A stretch of 64,000 bases of DNA from Oscillospiraceae bacterium (GTDB taxonomy: Bacteria; Bacillota; Clostridia; Oscillospirales; CAG-272): contig SVRL01000004.1 of the NCBI GenBank assembly GCA_015064845.1, positions 14,398 to 78,397 of the forward strand, read 5' to 3'. Both the position numbers and the translations under genes were made by a program. Position 1 is the first letter of the stretch. Each line of letters begins with the position of its first letter. The notes below the pieces were generated by a model that saw only the letters and a program-made list of their open reading frames with translations, was not told the origin of the DNA and ran no database searches. Shown piece after piece: positions 63,944-64,000 of the stretch.

Positions 63944-64000
63944 TCTTTTATATTCCTATCTTATGATTGATATCAGCGGAAAAATAACCGCTTTTTATTA

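Overview
This window looks like chromosomal DNA from a low-to-mid GC, spore-forming Firmicute. My inference is class Clostridia, Oscillospiraceae/Ruminococcaceae-like, based on ytfJ, a DUF2953 gene, spoVD/spoVE-type genes and an ispH-rpsA fusion. No database search was run, so all product calls rest on motifs read from the supplied translations. Most of the window is core housekeeping. It contains the 3' part of a TPP riboswitch followed by thiT-thiN, rplM-rpsI, prfA-tsaC-coaE, prfB, scpAB, lon-engB, lexA, queA, miaA, yggS-sepF-divIVA-lspA-rluD, a dcw cluster running rsmH to ftsZ, a GH3 glycosidase, cmk-plsC-ispH/rpsA and an ABC-F ATPase. I recognised no rRNA, tRNA, CRISPR array, transposase or integrase. 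The accessory-looking DNA is in two places. The first is 1.7-8.6 kb, which holds an orphan immunity-like operon, an ECF sigma factor coupled to a membrane-anchored serpin, Zn-ribbon regulators, a repeated intergenic element, and a SipW-type secreted protein next to a beta-helix protein. The second is a small AT-rich islet at 15.4-16.8 kb. The most interesting items are the sigma/serpin pair, a cluster of DnaA-box-like 9-mers bracketing the dcw promoter in a cluster that lacks mraZ, and a roughly 86-nt intergenic repeat present at two distant loci. I do not see a clear multi-gene novel system such as a defence island.
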